Shown here piece after piece: positions 1 to 8,681 of a DNA stretch of 64,000 nucleotides; position 1 is the stretch's first letter; each line of letters begins with the position of its first letter. A program made the translations under genes and the position numbers. Below the pieces are notes generated by a model. That model searched no databases. It had not been told where the DNA came from and worked only from the letters and a program-made list of their open reading frames with translations. The stretch lies in the NCBI GenBank assembly GCA_963818475.1, contig CAWFSF010000001.1:128001-192000 (forward strand). Direction: 5' to 3'. Source of the DNA: Nitrospirota bacterium (lineage in GTDB: Bacteria > Nitrospirota > UBA9217).

Positions 1-219
1 CCCTCAACGCGATAGTCCCTTTGCCCCGTCAAAATGATGTTCTTCCTGCCGGGAAGCGGACGGCCGATGCTTTCGAAGGTCTTCCGTCCAAAGATGACCG
101 GATGCCCCATCGTGATCTCGCTGAAGCGCTTCAGGTCGGACGGTATTGACCAGGGAATCCTGTTTCCAGCGGCCGATGACGCGGTTCTCGGACATGGCGG
201 CAATAAGCGATAGGATCAT
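1..219 (-). CDS. folA: Dihydrofolate reductase, N-terminal part; runs off the window edge, +1 frameshift near 168
   Basis: Starts [16 protein letters not shown]. Removing one base gives [47 protein letters not shown], the classic DHFR motifs. Confidence 0.92.
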
Positions 220-225
220 GAACCT

Positions 226-254
226 ACACTAGCAGACCGGCGAGGTGCTGTCAA
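226..254 (-). promoter_or_regulatory. Sigma-70 promoter of folA, probably leaderless
   Basis: TTGACA-17 bp-TAGTGT, ending 6 nt before the ATG, with no Shine-Dalgarno sequence. Confidence 0.6.
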
Positions 255-307
255 AGGGAATGGGGAAGAAGAGCAGGCCGGGTGCAAACCGGTACAGATC
301 ACGTATA

Positions 308-348
308 CAAAAAATAAACTCCCACCCAAGACTGCCTGGGCAGGAGTT
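308..348 (-). terminator. Intrinsic terminator after the pepA-kinase-methyltransferase genes
   Basis: Imperfect stem AACTCC..CCCA / TGGG..GGAGTT followed by a T-run on the minus strand. Confidence 0.55.
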
Positions 349-399
349 ATCGTTCTTGTCGTGATCATCCGGTGACGGATCACCGAGGCAGTTGAGAAT

Positions 400-960
400 C
401 TACCGCACCAGCAGGTACAGCAGCACGGCGAGGCCGGCGAGCACGCCGATGGCGGTCTCGTGCTCCGAGTTTTCCTTCACCACCTCAAAGCTCCAGCGGT
501 TCGTTCCCCTGCCCGGATAGGGAGAGAGGCGCGGCAGATAATCAGGCACTGCATTGTCGTATTCGATCCAGGGCTGGCCGAAGCTGCTGATGAGCTTCTC
601 GTTCTCCTGTTTCTTTTTGTAGGGTGCAAAATAGATAAAGAACCAGACGAAGCCGCCGATCATGATCCAGTAGTTCTTGGCCATGACACTGTAACCCAGC
701 GTGATCAGCAACGTCCCGATGTAGAGCGGGTTCTTGACATAGGAATAGGGGCCGGTGTTGGTGAGCTGCTTGTTCTTCCGGAGATGGCCGGCTGCCCAGA
801 GCCGAAGCCATTCTCCAAAGAGCGTGATGGCCGCGCCTGCTACGAACCAGACCATCTCGACCTTTGCAGTATAGAACAGGATGACACACACGATGGCCGC
901 CAGCACTGTCTTGCCCGTGATCTTCGTAAGCTTGTACTGCAGGGTCCCTTTTTTCGCCAT
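400..960 (-). CDS. Isoprenylcysteine carboxyl methyltransferase / PEMT-family membrane methyltransferase
   Basis: Hydrophobic helices, LRLWAAGHL..L..TGPYSYVKNPLY motif, and a C-terminal E..L...FG..W.EY...VP motif. Confidence 0.8.
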   Translation of the reverse strand: MAKKGTLQYKLTKITGKTVLAAIVCVILFYTAKVEMVWFVAGAAITLFGEWLRLWAAGHLRKNKQLTNTGPYSYVKNPLYIGTLLITLGYSVMAKNYWIMIGGFVWFFIYFAPYKKKQENEKLISSFGQPWIEYDNAVPDYLPRLSPYPGRGTNRWSFEVVKENSEHETAIGVLAGLAVLLYLLVR

Positions 961-1023
961 GATTCGCTCCTTTGTGAATTTAAACGTTTCCTCGTCCCCG
1001 GTCCCGCGGACGATTGTTCCTGC

Positions 1024-1686
1024 TTACCATTTTCTCGGCATGACCAGGTTCCTGAGCTTCCGCCATTTGCGTTCTTCAGCGCTCATCAGTTCCGGGGCAT
1101 AGAGGCATTTGAGTTTGATGAGCGACAGCCGGTCGGCCAGGCTGAGCGCCCAGGCCAGACAGGGGCCGATGATCCACACGCCGCCGGGATGAAAGGCCGA
1201 CGCCAGGTCGATGACAAAGACCTTGCCATCCACCAGCAGAATATTCGAACGGCGCTGAAGATCGAGATGGACCCATCCGCGCTCGTGCAGATCAGCGATG
1301 ATCACTTCGAACTGTTTGATGATCCCCGGCCCGATCTCGCCCGGCAGATGGCTGCCGAGGTCCCTGCCTTCGAGGTATTCTATGGCGATGGCGAAGGGCG
1401 TAAGCCGCTTGAACCGTGACGGGAAACCTTCAATACCGGCAAGCGCCGCATAGGCACGGCACTCGCGGGCGATGACCATGCGCCCCACGAGGTTCCGTTC
1501 GAAAAATCCCTTGTTCCCGAAATCTTTGACCACGAACCGCTGTCCGCCCGAAGAGGCAACGAACACGTCCGCCTTGTAGAGCTTCCCGGTGATGAGGACC
1601 TTCTCGCGATTCGCAACAGCCTCGCTGTATGATAGATCAGGGCGCATAGACCACTGTTTGTCTAACGAAGGTCCGTTAGTTTCCAA
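1024..1686 (-). CDS. RIO/Kdo-like phosphotransferase (protein kinase-like fold)
   Basis: VVKDF lysine, HLDLQRRSNIL catalytic loop and IDLASA motif. Confidence 0.65.
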   Translation of the reverse strand: METNGPSLDKQWSMRPDLSYSEAVANREKVLITGKLYKADVFVASSGGQRFVVKDFGNKGFFERNLVGRMVIARECRAYAALAGIEGFPSRFKRLTPFAIAIEYLEGRDLGSHLPGEIGPGIIKQFEVIIADLHERGWVHLDLQRRSNILLVDGKVFVIDLASAFHPGGVWIIGPCLAWALSLADRLSLIKLKCLYAPELMSAEERKWRKLRNLVMPRKW

Positions 1687-3168
1687 AATCTTTTAAAAAT
1701 TGGGTCAGGAGCCGGACTCCGATGCCGGTCGCGCCCTTTGGCGTGTACGGGCGGTCCTTTTCGGTCCATGCGGTGGCGGCAATATCGATGTGCACCCAGG
1801 GGTATTTCTGCACGAACTTGGACAGGAGCGCTGACGCCGTGATGACCGAGGCAGCCCTGCCGCCCGTGTTCTTCATATCGGCGATGTCGCTCTTGATCTG
1901 GTCATAATAGCTCTCCCAGAGCGGCAGTTCCCAAACGCGCTCTCCGGTCTTCTCACCGGCGGAGCGCATCTGCTGTTTGTACCGGTCTGAAGTGCCGAGC
2001 ATGCCGGCGGCCTCATGTCCCAGCGCGATGGTGCAGGCGCCGGTGAGCGTCGCGATATCGACGATCACGGACGGTTTGTATCTGCAGGCATAGGTGAGAG
2101 CATCCGCAAGGATCAGCCTTCCTTCAGCATCGGTATTGACGATCTCGATGGTCTGGCCGGAGAGGGTGCGAAGCACGTCGCCGGGTTTCAAGGCCCTGCC
2201 GCCCGGCATGTTTTCCGCCGCAGGCAGCAGGCCGACGATGTTCAGTTTTAGCTTGAGCGCCGCTGCATTGCGGATGGCGCCGAGCACGGCTGCGCCGCCG
2301 GACATGTCGTCCTTCATCCTGTCCATGTTCTCGGCCGGCTTGATCGAGATGCCGCCGGAATCGAAGGTGATGCTCTTGCCCACGAGCGCAATGAACGGGC
2401 GGGAGCCGCCGCCACGGTACTCGATGATGATGAACTTCGGAGGCTGGATGCTCCCGGCTGCGACGCCGAGGAACGCGCCCATGCCCAGTTTTTCGATCTG
2501 CTTCCGTTCGAGGACCTGGAGCTTCAGTCCGTACTGCCGGGCGATATCCCGGGCCACGCCGGCCAGGACCGTCGGCGTCATGTCCGCGCCGGGATGGTTC
2601 ACCATATCGCGCGCCAGCAGCTGCCGATTCGGCAATGATCGTGCCTGCAGCGACGCCTTTGCGCATTGCCGCAACCGATGCAGGCGACCCGGCGAGGAGC
2701 GTGAGCGCCTTGATCTCTTTCCGTTTGCTGTTCTCTTCGTTCGTTTTATATTTCAGAAACCGGTAAAGCCCGAGCATGCTCCCCTCGGTAAGCGCCTGCG
2801 CCGTCTCTTCAGCATCAAGACCGAGCCCTTCAGAAGCTGAACACGATCGATTCCGCCCCGCTGGTCCGGGCATGGGAGGAAGCCTTGCCCGCTGCCAGCC
2901 GGAGCCGGTCCAGGGTCAGGTCGGCCCGCTTGCCGAGCCCCACCAGGATGAGCCGATCGGCAGCCATGCTTCCCCCGGGATAGAGAAGATGGACGCTGCC
3001 GGGCCGGGCAGTGAAATCTCCCCGCTTGATGATCCGGGAGATCATCGTTCCCAGGTTTCGGTCCGCGCGCTCCTGCTCCCGCCCGGGCTTTCCGTCCTCG
3101 AACACGGGAAGGATTACTGCTCCGGTCTTCAGTTTTTCCAGAGTGCCGCTGACGACGCTGATCTTCAT
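1676..3168 (-). CDS. pepA: Leucyl aminopeptidase (M17), split by two +1 frameshifts near 2835 and 2622
   Basis: GKSITFDSGGISIK, MKDDMSGGAAV and NTDAEGRLILAD motifs. The N-terminal M17 domain lies in ORFs 2830-3168 and 2124-2873. Confidence 0.92.
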
Positions 3169-3214
3169 GGTTCCTATCCTGCCCGGCCTGCGCCGGTCTC
3201 CCGGGCGCTGCTGG

Positions 3215-3919
3215 TCAATGGTCCTTCCTGATCACGACCGGTTCAAGGCCTTCCTGCGTGACCCTGCCGGCCACGAGCTCAGCCTTTTCCTCGGTCGCAT
3301 AGACGCCGACCTCAACATGGTACAGCGTGCCGAGGTTCGTTACTCCGGGAATGATCGATATGATCGCGAATTTTGCCGAGAGACGTTCCTTCAGCAGCCT
3401 GGCATTCTCTTCCTCGACATACCGTGCCGCATGGACAGTAAAAGGCGTTGTTCCGGGAAGTTCGTCGAGACGCTCGATCACGACCTGCGCCGTACCTTCC
3501 GCTGCGAACCCCAGCTCGCGAGCGGCGCCGTACGACAGGTCGATCACCCGGCTTTTGATAAAGGGGCCGCGGTCATTCACCCGTATAGCGATGTCCTTGT
3601 TGTTCCCCAGGTTCGTGACGCGGATCATGCTGCCGAACGGCAGCGTACGATGTGCAGCTGACAGGCCGTACATATCGAATATTTCACCACTGGCCGTTCT
3701 TTTGCCGTGGAGATCCTTCCCGTACCAGGATGCGGTCCCCACTTGCCGGAACGCGGCGGCGGTCGATGCCGTCGCTGCGGCCACGGCCTTTGCAGGGGAG
3801 GATCCCGGTTCCGGCATCACGTCAACCGTACCTGCGCATGACGCAGCCATCACGATGAGCACGATGGCGGCACCGATACTGAGGCCTCGCGCACAACACC
3901 GCGCAGAACAAGTGCTCAT
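3215..3919 (-). CDS. rlpA: Septal ring lytic transglycosylase RlpA lipoprotein with SPOR domain
   Basis: Lipobox AASC; GTASWYG..HGKRTASGE.FDM...AAHRTLPFG and VNDRGPF motifs; C-terminal SPOR-like region. Confidence 0.9.
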   Translation of the reverse strand: MSTCSARCCARGLSIGAAIVLIVMAASCAGTVDVMPEPGSSPAKAVAAATASTAAAFRQVGTASWYGKDLHGKRTASGEIFDMYGLSAAHRTLPFGSMIRVTNLGNNKDIAIRVNDRGPFIKSRVIDLSYGAARELGFAAEGTAQVVIERLDELPGTTPFTVHAARYVEEENARLLKERLSAKFAIISIIPGVTNLGTLYHVEVGVYATEEKAELVAGRVTQEGLEPVVIRKDH

Positions 3920-3935
3920 CAGAGCGCTCCGTACC

Positions 3936-4163
3936 TTATGCAGTGGCCTTTTCGCCGGCTGCCGCATCAGCAGCGGCCTTTTTCTCTGCTGCCTTGTAGG
4001 ACTTTGTTGAACGGAGTTTGCGCTGGGCCCGCTTGACCTTCTTAAGCGCCTGGCGTGCCTCGGGTTCTGATTTTTTTCCTTCTGCTTTTTTTGCTTTTTC
4101 TGCTGCAGCCTGTTTCAATTTCTTGATCTGCTCCTGAAGCTCTTCAACGTTTACTTTGATCAC
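3936..4163 (-). CDS. Small basic Lys/Ala-rich coiled-coil hypothetical protein
   Basis: 75 aa ORF with AAGGAGG RBS and a TTGATT-17-TATTAT promoter upstream. Confidence 0.7.
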   Translation of the reverse strand: MIKVNVEELQEQIKKLKQAAAEKAKKAEGKKSEPEARQALKKVKRAQRKLRSTKSYKAAEKKAAADAAAGEKATA

Positions 4164-4317
4164 TGCGTACGCCTCCTTGGAATTTGTTTTACAGAGCCAC
4201 CATAATAGACAAAAAGAGCCGCGAAATCAAGCTATTTCGTTATTTCGCGGACGGATTCTACATGCCGGGGACAAGACTGCATAAGCGGGGGAGCAACGGG
4301 ATTGGCAGATATTACAA

Positions 4318-4365
4318 GAGAAAAAGAGGAAAGGAGCGGTGGCCGCCTGCTGCCAGGCGGCCACC
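4318..4365 (-). terminator. Intrinsic terminator
   Basis: Perfect 12-bp stem GGTGGCCGCCTG / CAGGCGGCCACC followed by a pyrimidine/T-rich tract on the minus strand. Confidence 0.7.
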
Positions 4366-4379
4366 ACGAAACGATGTTA

Positions 4380-4685
4380 TTAGCAACCCACCGGTGCTTT
4401 TTTCTTTGCTGCGGGCGCTGCTGCAGAAGCCGCCTTGAGGCTCTTCACGGTGTCCTTCTCGGTGGAGATCTCCACCTTTTCACCGGCCTTTACCGCGCCG
4501 AGATCAACGGACTTGTCAGCTTTGAGCACGACATCCGCGGTGGACCCATCGGCCGTGAAGGTAATAGTACCGGCCTTTGCATCAACAGCCTTCACCGTTC
4601 CCTTCTGCATCTCTGCTGCAACGGCCAGGGAAAACAGGGACACAACCATAACTGCAACTGCGAGAACTGCGGCTACTTTTTTCAT
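4380..4685 (-). CDS. Small exported beta-rich (OB-fold-like) protein ending in KKKAPVGC
   Basis: Signal peptide MKKVAAVLAVAV..AVA, a GTVKAVDAKAGTIT..VKAGEKV pattern, and a strong RBS. Confidence 0.75.
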   Translation of the reverse strand: MKKVAAVLAVAVMVVSLFSLAVAAEMQKGTVKAVDAKAGTITFTADGSTADVVLKADKSVDLGAVKAGEKVEISTEKDTVKSLKAASAAAPAAKKKAPVGC

Positions 4686-4871
4686 ATTATTCACTCCCCC
4701 TTTTAGGATTAAAATGCTGCGTTGAATAACAATACCATAACTTTAAAAAGCTAGTCAATTAAAATTTTACATCGCGACTGCCAGCACGCCGACACAAGAG
4801 TTATCACTTTGCGCAACTATTAGGCTTCCGAGCGCCGCTTGACGGAGGAAGCCCGTCCGGCAAAAAATGCG

Positions 4872-5108
4872 TCATAGTGCTCCCCGCGCCTTCAGGATCT
4901 TCTCCAATTCCGCGATGCTCTCTGCATGCTCCCGGCATTCCTGCTCATATTCCTCCTGCATGTTCTGGGCTTTTTCCGCGCCAATATGGACGGAGGTTTT
5001 AACAAAGGTGAAGGCGTGCTGGTCCTCGATGTCGCAGAGATTTTCCCTGAGTCGGGACAGCTCCTTGTGCAGTTCTTCGATGGTCATGTCTTCGTAGTTC
5101 TTACGCAT
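4872..5108 (-). CDS. Hypothetical helical protein
   Basis: 78 aa ORF with GGGGTG RBS directly downstream of the nucleotidyltransferase gene. Confidence 0.65.
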   Translation of the reverse strand: MRKNYEDMTIEELHKELSRLRENLCDIEDQHAFTFVKTSVHIGAEKAQNMQEEYEQECREHAESIAELEKILKARGAL

Positions 5109-5136
5109 AACTGCGCACCCCCTTCCGGGAACATCA

Positions 5137-6555
5137 TTAGTTTATTTTTCTGAGGTAATCAAGTGCGTCATTCCGGTCCTGAAGTGTGCCCGCCGCCTGC
5201 TGCTCCCTGATCTCATCCAGGATCTCGCGAAAGCGCGGACCGGGCGCAAATCCGCGCGCAATAAGGTCCCTGCCGGTCACGAGCGGTTTTGCTTCTGCTT
5301 TGAGGAACTTTTCGTAGTAATAGGCGAGCACCGTTGCCATGGGACGCTCCGTGTCCGTGAACTGCTCTTTGGGCATGATGTCGAATGTGGCGCGCGCGTC
5401 CGCCTGGGCAAGGATAAGGCTTTCCGGCAGGCCGTCCCGCATGTCACGGCAATAGCGGTACAGGGCGTTCTTGCTCGGACCGCCCGGCACGGAGAGATTG
5501 AAGAGCCGCATGTGCTGCCTGATGACGCCGGTGACCAGCGCCTCGGTGTCCCGCGAAAGCCTGAATCGCTTGCACGCTTCCTTGGCTTTCTCTGCGCCGA
5601 TGCTGTCGTGATAGTAAAAATGGATGCGTCCATTCTCCTGGGTGAAAGTCTGAGGCTTTGCAATATCGTGCAGGAGGCAGGCGAAACGGAGCGCGGCTTT
5701 GCGGGGGATAAGCTGTTCGACCAGTTCATCAAGGTGCTCAAGGACAAGGTGGGCATGGGCCGAAGCAATGTTCGGCAGGTCCTCCAGCACGCTGTCAACG
5801 TGCTCGGCTGCTTTGATCGAGTGGGTACGGACATCGTAGACATGATATCTGCCGGGCGCAAAACCCCTGAGCGGTTCGAGCTCCGGGAGGAGTTGCGGCA
5901 AGAGTCCCAGCGAATCCAGAAGCAACAGGTACGTTCCTGACCCGCGCTGTGACAGGATCTGGAAAAACTCGTCCCGGACCCGCTCCGGCGCGGATTGGTT
6001 GATCAGAGCGGCCCGGGACCGAATCTGCTCCTGCGTCCCCGCTTCTAGGGTGAATCCGAGCGTGGCCGCGAACCGGACCGCGCGCAGCGATCTCAGCGGA
6101 TCGTCGTCCAGCACCGCAGGCTTTGTTATCCGGATGAGCTTATTTTGCACGTCCGCTCTGCCGTTAAACAGATCGACAATGGCGTCCAGCGACCCGGTCC
6201 GGATGAACTCGCGCAGATCGAGCGCCATGGCATTCATGGTAAAATCCCGGCGCCCGAGGTCGGCAGAGAGGTCCGGGCCTTCGAAGTTGGTGAAGTCGAA
6301 TTGCAGGGTCGCTTCATCGGTTTTTTTTATGACGCGTGTGATCCGACGGTCTTCGTCGAGAAAGAAAAAGCTTCCGTTGATCTTGTCTGCGAACGACCGC
6401 GCAACCGTCTCGGACCCCGACGGCATCATGAGATCGATGTCCTTGAACAGCTGATTCGTAATCAGCAGGTCGCGGACGGAACCGCCAACGAGGTAGATAC
6501 TGTCAGAGGTGAGTGAAAGAAGAGGTGAGAGATATTTCAGGGCTGCGGTATTCAT
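5137..6555 (-). CDS. tRNA nucleotidyltransferase with HD domain, probably CC-adding type
   Basis: YLVGGSVRD..DID, RRDFTMNAMA, DDPLRSLRAVRF and LLHDIAKP motifs; short loop before motif B. Confidence 0.85.
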   Translation of the reverse strand: MNTAALKYLSPLLSLTSDSIYLVGGSVRDLLITNQLFKDIDLMMPSGSETVARSFADKINGSFFFLDEDRRITRVIKKTDEATLQFDFTNFEGPDLSADLGRRDFTMNAMALDLREFIRTGSLDAIVDLFNGRADVQNKLIRITKPAVLDDDPLRSLRAVRFAATLGFTLEAGTQEQIRSRAALINQSAPERVRDEFFQILSQRGSGTYLLLLDSLGLLPQLLPELEPLRGFAPGRYHVYDVRTHSIKAAEHVDSVLEDLPNIASAHAHLVLEHLDELVEQLIPRKAALRFACLLHDIAKPQTFTQENGRIHFYYHDSIGAEKAKEACKRFRLSRDTEALVTGVIRQHMRLFNLSVPGGPSKNALYRYCRDMRDGLPESLILAQADARATFDIMPKEQFTDTERPMATVLAYYYEKFLKAEAKPLVTGRDLIARGFAPGPRFREILDEIREQQAAGTLQDRNDALDYLRKIN

Positions 6556-6600
6556 GCTAGGGATAATTTTATTTGAAAAAAACCTTATACTGCTGCTCCA

Positions 6601-7035
6601 TCATCTTTTTTCCGGAATGTCCTCTATCCAAAGTATGTGTTTCTTGATCGGCGCTGCATCTTTTACGGCATCGAACAATTTCCGATCGGCGGTAACCAGC
6701 CTGCAATCCTCCATCAGAGCAAGGGTCAGATACAGGCTGTCATAAAAGGACCGTTTCAAGCCGCAGGCAACGGTCATTGCGTTTTCCGCGAGAACGCTTG
6801 CAGGTCGCAGAGTCATTGGCAGGGACTCCAGGGCACGCAGAATGATCTGCGCCTTCTGGACCGTTATCTCCGACCGCATGACCCGCTTCCACAGAATATT
6901 CCCCACCTCGGAAATCAGCAGGTCAGGTGCGAGAAGTTGAGAACCACCGCTTAACAGCCTGTCGGCATCGGCGCTGTTCGGCTCCGGCAGGTACCATTTG
7001 ATCGCCACGCTGGCATCGACAACGAAGCGAGTCAC
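6601..7035 (-). CDS. vapC: Type II TA toxin, PIN domain (VapC/FitB)
   Basis: VVDASVAIKW, APDLLISEVGN, YDSLYLTLA and LVTAD PIN motifs. Confidence 0.9.
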   Translation of the reverse strand: MTRFVVDASVAIKWYLPEPNSADADRLLSGGSQLLAPDLLISEVGNILWKRVMRSEITVQKAQIILRALESLPMTLRPASVLAENAMTVACGLKRSFYDSLYLTLALMEDCRLVTADRKLFDAVKDAAPIKKHILWIEDIPEKR

Positions 7036-7262
7036 CGCTTGCGGTCCTCGCGGAGAAGCTCGGCGCTGTCCGAGAACGTCTTCCTGCCGAAGCTTGCGCG
7101 GATCTTTCGTGCGTGTTGAAGCGCGGCCTCCCCGGTCGTTTTCACGGTTTCCTCAACGAGGTGCTTCACTTCTCCCTGGAGCGAGCGGTTGTGCTGCTTG
7201 GCTCGTGCTTTCAATTGATCGATGGTCTTCTGGGGTACGTCACGGATGAGAATATTGGGCAT
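7032..7262 (-). CDS. Type II TA antitoxin, FitA-like ribbon-helix-helix
   Basis: MPNILIRDVP..LKARAKQHNRSLQGE..DSAELLREDR; overlaps the toxin start. Confidence 0.88.
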   Translation of the reverse strand: MPNILIRDVPQKTIDQLKARAKQHNRSLQGEVKHLVEETVKTTGEAALQHARKIRASFGRKTFSDSAELLREDRKR

Positions 7263-7274
7263 ACAAAACCTCCC

Positions 7275-7323
7275 GATGCTTTCATTATGATAGCATCATA
7301 GCATAACACTTCACAATTCGCAA
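7275..7323 (-). promoter_or_regulatory. TA promoter with overlapping palindromic operator
   Basis: TTGCGA-17-TATGAT with extended -10; palindrome GATGCTTTCATTATGATAGCATC at 7275-7297. Confidence 0.7.
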
Positions 7324-7324
7324 G

Positions 7325-7510
7325 AATTTCCAGTGATGGTGTAAATACTTTTGCCATCGCGGGGTAATCCGCCTTCATGTCTTCTCTCGCGCGCGACTCA
7401 TCGTACTCGTTATTGTCGATCAGAACATCGATAAAGTCGATTGAGTAATCCATGCTCTCGCGCAATATCACCTGAAATACAGCATCCGGCGGTCTTTGAA
7501 ATCGCAGCAT
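7325..7510 (-). pseudogene. Truncated hypothetical gene running into the TA promoter
   Basis: ATG at 7510 with GGTGGA RBS, MLRFQRPPDAVFQVIL...; the frame continues through TA promoter DNA without its own C-terminus. Confidence 0.4.
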
Positions 7511-7523
7511 CGTTCCACCTGAC

Positions 7524-7844
7524 TCATCGTTTCGGCATTTGAATGACGTTTGACGATTTATTTTCCGATGCTTTGGTTTCCTTCGCAAGCGTCAGAAGCC
7601 CCGGTGAGATGTTCCAATGCTCCCCGTTGTCGGTAATAACCGTAACTGTTTTTTTGTTATATTTGGTCAACACGCCGAAGAGAGCAGGACCTTCGTCCGA
7701 CTTGAAGCTCACCCGATCGCCGACTTTGAATTCCAGCATCTTATGGTGCGCCCTAGCCTGACTGAGGAAACGCAGCCGTTCGACGATCCGGCGGTTTAGA
7801 TCGATCAGTTCATTCTCGGTAAGCAAGGTAATATCTATCTTCAT
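7524..7844 (-). CDS. Conserved hypothetical protein (helix plus SH3-like strands)
   Basis: GGAGGT RBS; MKIDITLLTENELIDLNRRIVERLRFL..FKVGDRVSF..KYNKKTVTV..W.ISP.LL. Confidence 0.7.
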   Translation of the reverse strand: MKIDITLLTENELIDLNRRIVERLRFLSQARAHHKMLEFKVGDRVSFKSDEGPALFGVLTKYNKKTVTVITDNGEHWNISPGLLTLAKETKASENKSSNVIQMPKR

Positions 7845-7963
7845 GAACCACCTCCGAATGGGGGTACAGGCGAAGCGGGACAACTAAGAACGAGTTACGC
7901 AACGAGAATGGGGATACAGACGTGGATGATGCGGGATGAGTCATGCACAGAAAACGACGTCCT

Positions 7964-8656
7964 TCACCCCTCCCCCGCCTTCTCCGCTGCATCCTCTCCG
8001 GTGATCTGCCTGATATCCTTCAAGCGCTTTCGCCGCTCTTCCCGGCCAACATACCAGTCCTCAATAAGCATCTCGATCAGGCCGATCAGCATCTTCGCCT
8101 CGCCGGGCTCCGTATCCTGGATCTCCGCGCCTTCGCTTTCCATCCGGGCGCCGATCATGCCGCTCTTCCGGACAGATTCAATGGCCTCCCAGGTGAGGGG
8201 GTCCACCACGCCCTTGACCTGGCGGAACTCGTCACTGAGGCTGCCGGGCTGCACCTGCCAGAAGTCGCGCAGCATTTCCGAGAGACAGCGCCGGGACAAA
8301 GCAGCCGCGGCCTTGGGGCTTTGCTCGATCGCAAGACAGGCTTCCTGATAATCTTCCATGACCCGCGCAGGGATTGCCACGGGAAAGGAGCGGGCGCTCG
8401 AAGGAGGCAGAAGGGGCCAGGCCCTGATAAGCTTGCCCGTGTAGGAGCGGTTGCCCACGACCCTCAGGTCGTGCAGAGCAACGCTCAGGGAGAGTTTCCG
8501 GCAGTCGGGGCTGGGGCAGACAACGAACTGGACCACCAGACGGCGCGGGCCGTCGGCATTTTCGGCAGTGAGGTCGGCGATCGAGGCCTGCCACCCCTCT
8601 CCGGTAACGGTCTGTTCCCGGTTGCAAAACCGGCAGTGCCACAGATATTCGCTCAC
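7964..8656 (-). CDS. DUF4145 (HEPN-like) protein with N-terminal zinc ribbon
   Basis: CRFC and CPSPDC motifs; DYQEACL...SPKAAAALSRRCL. Confidence 0.75.
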   Translation of the reverse strand: MSEYLWHCRFCNREQTVTGEGWQASIADLTAENADGPRRLVVQFVVCPSPDCRKLSLSVALHDLRVVGNRSYTGKLIRAWPLLPPSSARSFPVAIPARVMEDYQEACLAIEQSPKAAAALSRRCLSEMLRDFWQVQPGSLSDEFRQVKGVVDPLTWEAIESVRKSGMIGARMESEGAEIQDTEPGEAKMLIGLIEMLIEDWYVGREERRKRLKDIRQITGEDAAEKAGEG

Positions 8657-8681
8657 CCTTCCCTCCTCGAACCGCGTTCCA

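Noticed and set aside
2830-2832. Selenocysteine readthrough at the TGA in pepA (also the TGAs in fusA)
   Set aside because: Homology continues in a different frame rather than past the TGA, so these are frameshifts.
7845-7960. Integron attC site beside cassette-like small genes
   Set aside because: There is no RYYYAAC...GTTRRRY inverted core and no integrase in the window.
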